Shown here: positions 29,369 through 38,691 of the stretch, piece after piece | How the letters are laid out: the number at the start of each line of letters is the position of its first letter | Numbering within the stretch: position 1 is the stretch's first letter | From: Thermodesulfobacteriota bacterium | GTDB taxonomy: Bacteria; Desulfobacterota_D; UBA1144; Nemesobacterales; UBA2774 | DNA: 64,000 nt | Direction of reading: 5' to 3' | NCBI GenBank assembly: GCA_965223335.1 | Contig: OZ244991.1 | Span: forward strand, 896,001 to 960,000 | Translations under genes and position numbers: made by a program | Notes under the pieces: model-generated | The model's input: only the letters and a program-made list of their open reading frames with translations | Database searches by the model: none | Told to the model about the DNA's origin: nothing

Positions 29369-31249
29369 GTGAAACACCTTCTAGTTCTATTTCTCGTTCT
29401 ATTTGGTATTACTCCTATCTACGCACAAGATGAAAGCGAAACACTAAGTCCCGTAGTAGTTGAAGGCACTCCACTTCGTATCCCGCTAGATTATCCCTCT
29501 GCCTTTTCTACCACTATCGAACTAGACGAGTACTTCGGCGAATTCAAGACCTCGTCCGAGCTCCTTTCCCTTTCCCCGGGCGTTTTCGTCCGCGATTTCG
29601 GGGGTTACGGTCAATTGCAAACTATATCCATAAGGGGATCGTCAAACGATCAGGTATCTGTGTTGCTAGACGGAGTCAAATTGAACAACCCCATCGGTGG
29701 CGGCATAGACCTCTCAACCATCCCCACTGCCTATGTCGAGAGGTTCGAGATCATACGCGGCGGCGCATCCGCACTTGCCGGGACCGATGCCATAGGCGGC
29801 GTAGTAAATATTGTGACCAAACCCACGAGTGTACCACTTACGGTTGCAACTGCTACATACGGTTCGTTTCAAACCTTTGCAGCCAATTTTACCAGGTCCC
29901 AGCAGATCGGAGACCTGGGCTATCTTGTCTCCGCTTCACACGCCCAGAGTAAAGGCGATTTTAAGTTCAAAACCATAAACGGTCTCACCCGAACCCGTAT
30001 TAACAATAAATTCCGTGCCGACAGCCTCCTCGCAAAAGCGGACTACCAACTCGAAAGCGGTTGGGAAATTCGCTTTCTAAACGAATTTTTCTACGACTCC
30101 AGGGGAGTACCAGGACTTGGGGAGTTCCAGCAAAGAAACGCTCATCAAAAAGACATACGCAACCTAACGAGTGTGGTATTCTCGAAACCCGAATTTTTGA
30201 GCCGAGACGTAGACCTCAACATAATTCTCTATAACCGTTTTGACTGGCTTAAGTTTACGAACCCCACACCCACAGTAGGTGTGCCTATCGATACCCGGAG
30301 CAATACTTACTCGGCCGGGCTAAACCCAAGACTTAGGTGGTTTGCGCCCTATAACCAAATCATCACAGTCGCAACCGAGGTAAAAACCGAGTTCCTCAAG
30401 AACGCTGATTTCGATAACCCCAAGCGTTTTACATATAGCCTGTTTGCCAGTGACGAGATCGGATTCTATGAAGGGAAGCTCATCATAAACCCTCTTATCA
30501 GATACGATGTATGGACCACATGGGGGGAACAAAGCGATACCGAAGGCGGGTTCTCTCCAAAGCTAGGGGTGTTGTTCTCTCCGCTTGAGTTTTTGATTAT
30601 AAAGGGCAATCTTGGCCGCTCATTCCGTGTACCCAGTTTCGGAGAGCTCTTTTTCCCGGAGCAGGGGTTCATCGGGGGCAACCCCGACCTAAAACCCGAG
30701 ACCTCGTATGACTTCGACGTTGGTATATTGCTCAGCCACCCGCGTGCAAAGTTTGAGATCATCTATTTCAGAAATAAAATCAAGAACCTCATACAGTTTG
30801 TATTCATAAACGCTTTTAGGATCGAACCCCGAAATTTGAGCGATGTTACAGAACAGGGCTTCGAAACATCCCTCGCACTTAGACCCCTGGACAACCTATA
30901 CCTCTACGCGGCCTACACTTTTTTGGACGGCGAGGTAAAAGACACAGGTGCACAACTGCCGGGGAGACCAAAAAACAACTTTGATTTCCGGGGGGTACTG
31001 GACCTAAACCTGTTCACAATTTTTTGGGAAACACACTATGTGGATAAGATCCCGCTTAACACCTTTCCCAACGGCAGGACAACGGATGCACGCACTACCC
31101 ACGATATCGGCGGCAAAGCTGCATGGAACAATATTTTTGTTACTATAGAGATCAAGAATCTGTTTAACAACCTTAATGTTCGCGACGCTCTCGATTTCCC
31201 CCTACCGGGCCGTACAGTGTTCGCCACAGCGGGGTTGAATTTTAAATAA
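29369..31249 (+). CDS. btuB: TonB-dependent corrinoid receptor
   Basis: Signal peptide, plug motifs ISIRGS...VLLDGV and ERFEIIRGG.SAL.G.DAIGGVVNI, GNPDLKPE, PGRTVF; B12 riboswitch upstream. Confidence 0.88.
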   Translation: MKHLLVLFLVLFGITPIYAQDESETLSPVVVEGTPLRIPLDYPSAFSTTIELDEYFGEFKTSSELLSLSPGVFVRDFGGYGQLQTISIRGSSNDQVSVLLDGVKLNNPIGGGIDLSTIPTAYVERFEIIRGGASALAGTDAIGGVVNIVTKPTSVPLTVATATYGSFQTFAANFTRSQQIGDLGYLVSASHAQSKGDFKFKTINGLTRTRINNKFRADSLLAKADYQLESGWEIRFLNEFFYDSRGVPGLGEFQQRNAHQKDIRNLTSVVFSKPEFLSRDVDLNIILYNRFDWLKFTNPTPTVGVPIDTRSNTYSAGLNPRLRWFAPYNQIITVATEVKTEFLKNADFDNPKRFTYSLFASDEIGFYEGKLIINPLIRYDVWTTWGEQSDTEGGFSPKLGVLFSPLEFLIIKGNLGRSFRVPSFGELFFPEQGFIGGNPDLKPETSYDFDVGILLSHPRAKFEIIYFRNKIKNLIQFVFINAFRIEPRNLSDVTEQGFETSLALRPLDNLYLYAAYTFLDGEVKDTGAQLPGRPKNNFDFRGVLDLNLFTIFWETHYVDKIPLNTFPNGRTTDARTTHDIGGKAAWNNIFVTIEIKNLFNNLNVRDALDFPLPGRTVFATAGLNFK

Positions 31250-31273
31250 AAACTTTGTTAGGAGGTGTGCAGT

Positions 31274-32773
31274 ATGAGATTACAAATCCTATTTGTATTA
31301 CTAACCGGGGCTTTATTATTTTTGGTTGGATGCGACGAGCAGGGAGGGGGTGGAGGCGGATTCATTCCCCAGGGCACCATCCTTGCCGTGGCTGAGCGAG
31401 GTGGTGAGGAAGAGACAATTAAGGTCGGGGGCACCGAGCAGTCTGTCCCGCCGGGCAGCACGGTAGAGGTAACCAACCTGAGCACACTCGAGACCAAGAC
31501 CACAACAGGGCTTTCCGACGGCAGCTTCGACCCTTCATTCTCCGGCGATACAGACGACCTGTTCAATGTACTGGTGACCCAGGGTGAAAACATCGTGGAA
31601 GATGTCGTGGTAGGTGTCACACTACTCTCTGACTCCGTCCAACAGAACCTTAGAACGCTTGGGAGCGTGCCGGCCGATATCATGATCAGGGGTAACAGGG
31701 GCTATGTACTTAACGGCTTCTCAAACAATATACAGATCCTAGATCTCAACCAAAACCCTCCTACGGTCACAGGTACTATCACACTGCCCGAGAACTCAAA
31801 CCCCATCGCTATGGCATTTTTAGACGACACACGCGCCTATGTAGCCAACAATATCGGCCAGAGCGTAGCTGTGGTAAATCTGTTTACCAGGGTGTGCGAG
31901 ACTCTAATCGTACGAGCGGGCACAGGCAACGACCCTTCCCCCTGCCAAGACGTTATCACAATCGCAGGCACACCGTTTGAAGAGCCCGCAGGCATAGCCA
32001 TAACAAACGGCAAGGTCTATGTATCCAACAATAACCTGGGCGACTCGTTTAACCCTATGGGCAACGGATTTATTACGGTTATCAATGCTTCCAACAATCT
32101 AATTATTAAGACAATAAGCACCTCAGGTGCAAACACCACAAGCATGGCGGTTGTAAACGGCAGCCTATATGCACTTAACAACGGCAATGTTTTCTTCAAT
32201 CCCGCAAGCGGGTTTCAGTGCGACTTCGGGTTCCCTCCGTCAATCGACCTTATTAACACACAAACCGATGTAGTTGCTTCTACGATCAATATCCCGCTGA
32301 GCCTTGCAAATCCCACGATCTGTTTGCCAAGCTCTATCACCCCGACAGAAGACGGCAGGTTCGCATACACGGGGCTTGGACTTGTCGGAGGGCTCTTAAA
32401 AATTGACCTCTTTTTGGGCACCGTCGTTAATGGTACCGACGATCCTATATTCATTACAGACCCCGAGACATTCAACAGCACCTCTGACATTGCTATTCGT
32501 AACGGTCTATTGTTCACAACACTTTTTAATAGCGATCAGATTGCTGTGGTAGACACAACCAACGACCAGGTTAACCCGTTTCCCTATTTTGTTCCATTCC
32601 CCTCAGGCATACGCGCCGACGATCCCAACTCAATACTCTTCGACGGTGTGCAGTCATTGGCGGTCCGCGACGGTGTACCGGGGGTTGATTTCATCGGGCC
32701 TAACCTTTTTTACATCACAGGGATAAGCGAGCAGCTTGGCTCGGTAGACACAACGCTTGGAATTCCGCAGTAG
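31274..32773 (+). CDS. Lipoprotein with N-terminal beta-sandwich and YncE/BtuG-like beta-propeller
   Basis: Lipobox LVGC, poly-Gly linker, repeated blades (RAYVAN, KVYVSN, SLYALN, IAVVDT); directly after btuB. Confidence 0.72.
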   Translation: MRLQILFVLLTGALLFLVGCDEQGGGGGGFIPQGTILAVAERGGEEETIKVGGTEQSVPPGSTVEVTNLSTLETKTTTGLSDGSFDPSFSGDTDDLFNVLVTQGENIVEDVVVGVTLLSDSVQQNLRTLGSVPADIMIRGNRGYVLNGFSNNIQILDLNQNPPTVTGTITLPENSNPIAMAFLDDTRAYVANNIGQSVAVVNLFTRVCETLIVRAGTGNDPSPCQDVITIAGTPFEEPAGIAITNGKVYVSNNNLGDSFNPMGNGFITVINASNNLIIKTISTSGANTTSMAVVNGSLYALNNGNVFFNPASGFQCDFGFPPSIDLINTQTDVVASTINIPLSLANPTICLPSSITPTEDGRFAYTGLGLVGGLLKIDLFLGTVVNGTDDPIFITDPETFNSTSDIAIRNGLLFTTLFNSDQIAVVDTTNDQVNPFPYFVPFPSGIRADDPNSILFDGVQSLAVRDGVPGVDFIGPNLFYITGISEQLGSVDTTLGIPQ

Positions 32774-32864
32774 AGGCTATGGTTAGTAAAGTTATTTCAT
32801 TGTATAGTGCAGATAGGATTAATCATATTTGAGATTATATAAATCAATAGTGCGAGGTGCGTAG

Positions 32865-33812
32865 GTGCGTATATGCTCATTTCTTCCAAGTACGACAGAG
32901 ATACTCTATGAGTTGGGACTCGGTGAAAATATCGTAGGTGTGACCCATGAGTGCGACTATCCCCCCGAGGCCAGGGATAAAAGACGAGTGATTATGAGCT
33001 TCATTGACCCCTCGACTCTGTCTAGTCGCGAGATCGATGATCTGGTAAGCAAAAACGCCGAGGAATCAAAGAGCACCTACCTCATAAAAAACGATGCCTT
33101 GGCCGAGGCTAAGCCCGACGTCATCTTTACACAGGAACTCTGTGAGGTGTGCGCCGTGTCGGGCAACGAGGTCAAAAGGGCTGTGGAGGTTCTAGGCTAT
33201 GACCCCGTAATAGTGTCGCTCGAACCAATAACCTTGGGAGACGTGCTGGATACAATAGGCGTGATAGGTGAGGTAACCGAGACAGTTGATAAAGCCCGGG
33301 AAGTCCAATCGGCACTTGGATCCAGAGTAGACCGGGTCAGGTCACGGCTTGAGGACGAGAGAGACCGCCCCAGGGTGTTTTGCCTGAAGTGGCTCGACCC
33401 TCCCTACGTTGCGGGGCACTGGGTACCAGATATGGTCGAGATCGCAGGTGGCGAAGCGGGGTTGTGTAAGCCCGGGGAGCCTTCGTTTAAAACCACCTGG
33501 GGCGATATAGAGGACTTTGCCCCCCACATATTGATCATAATGCCCTGCGGCTACGATATTGAAAAAACTATGGGTGAGGTAGAGACGCTAAGCACTCACG
33601 ATGAATGGTTCTCACTACCTGCAAACCGAAGGGGTGAGATCTATATAGTCGATGCTAACTCATACTTTAGCCGTCCTGGGCCGCGGCTAGTGGACGGGCT
33701 CGAGATACTCGCCAAGATCATTCATCCCGAGGAGATGAAGTCATACGACCCGCCCCCAAACTCGGTACTAAACCTAAGGAACTATATGCACCTGGAATCA
33801 TTTTTAGGATGA
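32865..33812 (+). CDS. Helical-backbone (BtuF/TroA-like) cobalamin-binding protein without signal peptide
   Basis: RICSFLPS.TEI, VGVTHECDYP, QELCEVCAVS, YFSRPGPRLVDGLE. Confidence 0.85.
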   Translation: MRICSFLPSTTEILYELGLGENIVGVTHECDYPPEARDKRRVIMSFIDPSTLSSREIDDLVSKNAEESKSTYLIKNDALAEAKPDVIFTQELCEVCAVSGNEVKRAVEVLGYDPVIVSLEPITLGDVLDTIGVIGEVTETVDKAREVQSALGSRVDRVRSRLEDERDRPRVFCLKWLDPPYVAGHWVPDMVEIAGGEAGLCKPGEPSFKTTWGDIEDFAPHILIIMPCGYDIEKTMGEVETLSTHDEWFSLPANRRGEIYIVDANSYFSRPGPRLVDGLEILAKIIHPEEMKSYDPPPNSVLNLRNYMHLESFLG

Positions 33813-33815
33813 ACC

Positions 33816-34700
33816 ATGAGAAAATTTTATAGGCTCATAGCCCCTTTCTTACTTATCCTGCTACTCCTATGCAGCAGAGCTGCATACTCCGGCGAGAGCC
33901 CCGCACGCATAGTATCGCTCTCACCCAACCTTACTCAGATAGTCTGGGGTCTCGGCAAAGGTGACAACATCGTAGGGGTGACTATATTCTCAGAGATTCC
34001 CCCCGAAACAAAATCGCTCCCGAAAATAGGAGGCTGGGTAAACCCGAACCACGAAGCCATACTGGCACTCAAACCCGACATCGTGCTGCTTATGAAAGAC
34101 CAGGACACAATGTTCGGCGACAAACTCCGCCGCCTGGGTTTAAACACCCGTGTGTTAACCAACAACCAATCCATAGAGAACATTTACGAATCCATAGCCG
34201 AACTCGGCCAGATTCTCGGCTGCGAAGACAATGCCCAAGCAATGGTAAAAGAGATCCAAGAACAGTTAAAGGAGATTCGGTTCGCTACTTCACAACAATC
34301 TCCCAAGCGAGTATTGATTGTGATAGGCAGAAACCCGGGCACACTTGAAGACATCTACGTAGTCGGCTCCAATAACTACATCGACGAGCTTTTAACCCTA
34401 GCGGGCGGCATTAATGTTGTGGATCATAAGCGCACAGCCTTAAAGATAACAAAAGAGGCCATAATGGATTACGACCCTGAGATTATAATTGAGATCAACC
34501 ATAACAACGAGGAGTTAACAGACCGGATTGAAAAGATCTGGGGCGAGCTAAGCGGCAGCAAGGCAGTAGCTCGGGGACAGCTATATGTGCTCCCTAGCAC
34601 ACTGGTTCTTCATCCCAGCCAAAGGATTACACTGGGTGCCAAGGTGCTTGCCGATATAATCCACCCCGAACTAAACAATAACAATGCAAAAACTGATTGA
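33816..34700 (+). CDS. btuF: Periplasmic cobalamin-binding protein
   Basis: Signal peptide, RIVSLSPNLT, EAILALKPD, LAGGINV; operon context. Confidence 0.85.
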   Translation: MRKFYRLIAPFLLILLLLCSRAAYSGESPARIVSLSPNLTQIVWGLGKGDNIVGVTIFSEIPPETKSLPKIGGWVNPNHEAILALKPDIVLLMKDQDTMFGDKLRRLGLNTRVLTNNQSIENIYESIAELGQILGCEDNAQAMVKEIQEQLKEIRFATSQQSPKRVLIVIGRNPGTLEDIYVVGSNNYIDELLTLAGGINVVDHKRTALKITKEAIMDYDPEIIIEINHNNEELTDRIEKIWGELSGSKAVARGQLYVLPSTLVLHPSQRITLGAKVLADIIHPELNNNNAKTD

Positions 34701-35457
34701 GTGTGTGGATCTGGGGTTTGCGTTTGATGACTCACCCGTTATATCCGACGTTAATATATCGGTAGAGGATAAAAGTGCGGTGGGCATCCTGGGCGCAAAC
34801 GGGGCGGGTAAATCGACACTGTTGAAACTCTTGTCTGGAATACTCTATGCAAAGAACGGCTATGTGCTGCTGGACAACACCGATATAAAAAAAATAGAGC
34901 CGAGAGAAAGGGCAAAGATCATATCCTATGTGCCCCAGCTACCGCTCTATGCATTCCCGTTTAGTGTATTGGAGGTAGTGCTGTTGGGCCGTGCCCCATA
35001 TGTCGGGCGGTTCGAGTATGAAGGTGCCCGAGACCGCGAGATCGCACTCGGGAGCATGGAAACCGTGGGTATCTCACATCTTAAAGATAGGCTCATCACA
35101 GAGCTCTCAGGGGGTGAGCGGCAACTCGTGTCTCTGGCACGGGCTTTGGCTCAGGACCCAAGGATCATGATCCTCGACGAACCCGCAACTTTTTTAGACA
35201 TTAAACACAAAACTAAAATTATCGAGATTCTACGGAGGCTAAAAGAACAAAGAGAGATCTCTATCGTTACTACTACTCACGACATCTTTTCGGGTCTTGG
35301 GTTCTTCGACAGAGTAATGCTATTGAAAAACGGCAGAATTATCGCAAACGGGCCTGTGAACGAGGTCATATCTGACGAAAACCTAAGCATGGTCTACGAC
35401 ACTCCGGTAACTGTAAAGAGGGAAAACGATGCAACATATGTATTGCCTGTTAACTAA
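34684..35457 (+). CDS. btuD: Cobalamin/iron-chelate ABC transporter ATPase
   Basis: GANGAGKST, LSGGERQ, LDEP; operon context. Confidence 0.88.
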   Translation: MQKLIECVDLGFAFDDSPVISDVNISVEDKSAVGILGANGAGKSTLLKLLSGILYAKNGYVLLDNTDIKKIEPRERAKIISYVPQLPLYAFPFSVLEVVLLGRAPYVGRFEYEGARDREIALGSMETVGISHLKDRLITELSGGERQLVSLARALAQDPRIMILDEPATFLDIKHKTKIIEILRRLKEQREISIVTTTHDIFSGLGFFDRVMLLKNGRIIANGPVNEVISDENLSMVYDTPVTVKRENDATYVLPVN

Positions 35458-35481
35458 CAGTTCTGCTTGGTGCCGATTCAA

Positions 35482-36480
35482 ATGATACTGAGAAATATAT
35501 ACGTCTCCCTGCTCGTGCTTTTTGTGCTGTGGCTAGCAGTCGCCCTTGTTTCGCTCATGCTGGGCAGCTATAACTTGAGCCTCTCAGAGCTGCTCTCGCC
35601 CACTAACGATATATCAAGGACAATACTCTACAAGGTCAGGCTTCCCCGGGTGCTGATGGCAAGCATCGCGGGGGGCACACTAGCAATCACGGGTGCCGCA
35701 CTACAGGCGCTATTTCGAAATCCCCTCGCTTCACCCTACACCCTCGGGATATCAGGGGGGGCTTCCATGGGTGCATTCATTGCAATCCGCCTCGGTATTG
35801 CAGGGGGCATACTCGGATTTTCGGCAGTTTCCGCATCCGCGTTCGTATTCTCATTGCTTACCATGATTTTTGTCTACTCCGTATCCAAAGTGGGCGGTGT
35901 AGTTGCGACCGGCAGACTCCTACTTGCAGGGGTAGTGGTAAACTTCCTTTACTCCTCCCTAATAATGTTCATCCAGTTTTTCTCTACCTTTACCGAGTCG
36001 CTCTTAACGATGAAATGGATAATGGGCAGCCTAGATATTGTAGGATTCGGACTGGTCTGGAAATCACTTATCTTCGTGATCCCCACATCCGTGTTAATTG
36101 TGCTCATGAGCAAGGATATGAACCTGTTTGGTCTCGGAGACGATGTAGCAACATCACTCGGTACAGACGTACGTAGGTTAGAGAAGATGATCTACTTTGC
36201 AGCGTCCCTAGCCATAAGTGCCGTAATATCGGTAACCGGCCCGATCGGGTTCATCGGGCTCATTGTGCCTCATATACTACGTATGATAGTTGGGGTGGAT
36301 AACAGATTGATAGTGCCCTGTTCGTTTTTGTTGGGGGCTACATTCCTTACAGCGGCAGATACCGTGTCTAGAACGCTTTTGAGTCCTGCGGAAATACCTG
36401 TTGGTATAATTACTGCTTCTATAGGCGGGATTTTCTTCCTCTGGCTACTAACCCGTACCAAGAAAGAAATAATAATATAG
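35482..36480 (+). CDS. btuC: Cobalamin/iron-chelate ABC transporter permease (FecCD family)
   Basis: RLPRV, LQALFRNPLASPYTLGIS.GA, IGFIGLIVPH, EIPVG. Confidence 0.9.
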   Translation: MILRNIYVSLLVLFVLWLAVALVSLMLGSYNLSLSELLSPTNDISRTILYKVRLPRVLMASIAGGTLAITGAALQALFRNPLASPYTLGISGGASMGAFIAIRLGIAGGILGFSAVSASAFVFSLLTMIFVYSVSKVGGVVATGRLLLAGVVVNFLYSSLIMFIQFFSTFTESLLTMKWIMGSLDIVGFGLVWKSLIFVIPTSVLIVLMSKDMNLFGLGDDVATSLGTDVRRLEKMIYFAASLAISAVISVTGPIGFIGLIVPHILRMIVGVDNRLIVPCSFLLGATFLTAADTVSRTLLSPAEIPVGIITASIGGIFFLWLLTRTKKEIII

Positions 36481-36484
36481 ATAA

Positions 36485-36530
36485 TAGAGTAAAGCCGAAC
36501 GGGAGATCTAGTCCCCTCGGCTCTACTCTA
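36485..36530. terminator. Hairpin between convergent genes (probable bidirectional terminator)
   Basis: TAGAGT-AGCCGA-GGGA...TCCC-TCGGCT-ACTCTA stem followed by a T-rich tract. Confidence 0.6.
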
Positions 36531-36538
36531 AATTATTT

Positions 36539-36838
36539 TTATTTTGGCGGCTCTGCAGATTTAAACGGATCTACCTCGCCTCCGGACTCAGCCGGTGCTG
36601 GAGGTTCCGATTCTGCCGCTGCCGGGGCTTCCGCTGCCGGCGGGGCACCTTGTGGGGCTGCTTGTGCTGATACAAATGGATCAGCCGCAGCTTCGCCTCC
36701 GGATTCAGATGGCGGGGGCGGGGGTGGTGCGTCCGGTGCACTATCCGCTTGGGCCCCTCCCTGCTCTCCCTGCATGAAGTACCACACAATTATGCCTAGA
36801 ACTACTACAACAAAAATAACAACCGCTAATGTCTGCAT
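36539..36838 (-). CDS. Small single-TM protein with Pro/Ala/Glu-rich disordered tail
   Basis: AGGAGG RBS, N-terminal TM helix, internal repeat ESGGE(x)nDPF. Confidence 0.75.
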   Translation of the reverse strand: MQTLAVVIFVVVVLGIIVWYFMQGEQGGAQADSAPDAPPPPPPSESGGEAAADPFVSAQAAPQGAPPAAEAPAAAESEPPAPAESGGEVDPFKSAEPPK

Positions 36839-36963
36839 TCCGATTCCTCCTAATGATTTTGAACGTTTTTCAAGTCAATCCTTACCCAAACCTAATTAAT
36901 CAGACGCTAGGTGCATCAAACTGCCTAATATGGTCTGCATTTTCCCCATAAGCCAATAAATTG

Positions 36964-36993
36964 ATACTAATAAATTTTATAGTGGTATGTCAA
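36964..36993 (-). promoter_or_regulatory. Putative sigma70 promoter for the 36838 gene
   Basis: Minus-strand TTGACA-N18-TAGTAT. Confidence 0.5.
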
Positions 36994-37078
36994 GAGATAA
37001 TTGATCACAAAACAGGGGTGCTAATTCTTCGTGTATATTATTGTTTCTCGAATAAACTGTTTTGAAATAATCAGATCG

Positions 37079-37489
37079 ATGACTTTTGCCACGGAAATAG
37101 AGCTTGCTTTAGACCACATCGATAGCGGTTGTATAGCCGAAATAATCGATGACAGGACCACTCTGATTTATAAGTGTCCCGACCATTTTCAAGACAAGTG
37201 GGACAACGATAAGCAGTTCGACTACGACTTTGACTTGATATTAAAAGACGAATTCCCCTCACTCGGCTTTTATATCAATGTAGATTTCGGCCACAATGCA
37301 ATCGAGCGTATCGAGTATTTTTTCAGCCTTGAATCCCCCGATGAGCTCTTAGCTCTTAGACAGCTAAGTACCCAAGATAGTTTTGATATCGTATTTTGGA
37401 TGAATGCGCAGCTCAATTACAACACAATTACATTTACCCCGGCAAAGAAAAACAAGCTCATTAACTTGCTTAACTCAATCAATAAATAG
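37079..37489 (+). CDS. Hypothetical acidic protein
   Basis: Fills an otherwise empty interval with globular-looking sequence; ATG 37079 (alternative GTG 37031). Confidence 0.6.
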   Translation: MTFATEIELALDHIDSGCIAEIIDDRTTLIYKCPDHFQDKWDNDKQFDYDFDLILKDEFPSLGFYINVDFGHNAIERIEYFFSLESPDELLALRQLSTQDSFDIVFWMNAQLNYNTITFTPAKKNKLINLLNSINK

Positions 37490-37490
37490 T

Positions 37491-37519
37491 TTGACAAAAC
37501 CACATGGTTACCCGATAAT
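37491..37519 (+). promoter_or_regulatory. Sigma70 promoter of fabH
   Basis: TTGACA-N17-GATAAT, then GGAG RBS before TTG 37555. Confidence 0.7.
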
Positions 37520-37554
37520 ATCTTTTAAACTCATTTCCGGAGTATGAGATACCA

Positions 37555-38535
37555 TTGAACTTTGTTAGCTTCCTGGGCATAGGTTCATCAGCGCCCGAAA
37601 AGGTTCTATCAAACCATGATTTTGAACAGATCGTAGACACCTCAGATGAATGGATACGTACCAGGACCGGTATATTAGAAAGAAAAATTGCCGATCCCGA
37701 CGTTGCCACATCCGACCTTGCCTACGAAGCCGCTTTGAAGGCACTGGAAGAGGCATCGATGGACCCTAAGGACTTAGACGGGGTTATAGTAGGCACGATA
37801 ACCCCCGACCATTTCTTCCCGTCCACAGCATGTATACTGCAGGACAAAATAGGGGCCACTAACGCCTATGCTTTTGATCTGCTGGCAGGTTGCTCCGGCT
37901 ATCTCTATGCGCTTCACGTGGGAAAGAGCTTAATTGAAAGCGGGAGTGCCAAGAACCTGCTTGTCGTTGGGGCGGAAACTCTTTCAAAAATAATGGATTT
38001 CAAAGACAGAACCACCTGCATACTGTTTGGCGATGGTGCAGGGGCCTCTGTGCTATCCGCATCCGACACCCCGGGACTATTGTCCTCGTGCCTGGGTGCA
38101 AACGGCAGTGCCGGCGACTTATTGCATATGCCCGGAGGCGGTTCACGTATGCCCGCCACCGTAGAGAGCGTGGAGAACAACTGCCACTACCTAAAGATGC
38201 AGGGCCGCGATGTGTTTAAAGAAGCTGTGAAGGCGCTTCAGTCTTCATCATTGGAAGCAATCGAGAAGGCAGACCTCACCCCCGAGCAGGTAGACCTATT
38301 CATACCCCACCAGGCCAACTACAGAATCCTAGAGGCGGTAAGAAAGAGGGTAGGTCTTCCCGAAGAAAAGGTTTTCAGCAACCTCGATAAGTATGGAAAT
38401 ACCTCTTCTGCATCCGTACCCATTGCGCTGGATGAAGCAGTTAAAGAGGGCCGTATAAAAAGCGGCGACACAGTACTCTTTACCGCATTTGGCGCAGGGT
38501 TCACATGGGGCGCTGCGGTTACCAGATGGGCCTAA
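37555..38535 (+). CDS. fabH: 3-oxoacyl-ACP synthase III
   Basis: DTSDEWIRTRTGI, AGCSG, FGDGAGA, PHQAN, GNTSSAS. Confidence 0.96.
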   Translation: MNFVSFLGIGSSAPEKVLSNHDFEQIVDTSDEWIRTRTGILERKIADPDVATSDLAYEAALKALEEASMDPKDLDGVIVGTITPDHFFPSTACILQDKIGATNAYAFDLLAGCSGYLYALHVGKSLIESGSAKNLLVVGAETLSKIMDFKDRTTCILFGDGAGASVLSASDTPGLLSSCLGANGSAGDLLHMPGGGSRMPATVESVENNCHYLKMQGRDVFKEAVKALQSSSLEAIEKADLTPEQVDLFIPHQANYRILEAVRKRVGLPEEKVFSNLDKYGNTSSASVPIALDEAVKEGRIKSGDTVLFTAFGAGFTWGAAVTRWA

Positions 38536-38691
38536 ACCACCGTTTAGATCCAATTAAAACTTAAATCCCGTCAATTCCCGACCACAACCATATTTCTAGA
38601 CCGGTTCTATAGATTAGTTTTATCTTAGGTACTATTACCGGCTAGTTTAGTTAATTTACCCAGTTGAAGGAGTCCCACGATCCTAACCGAA

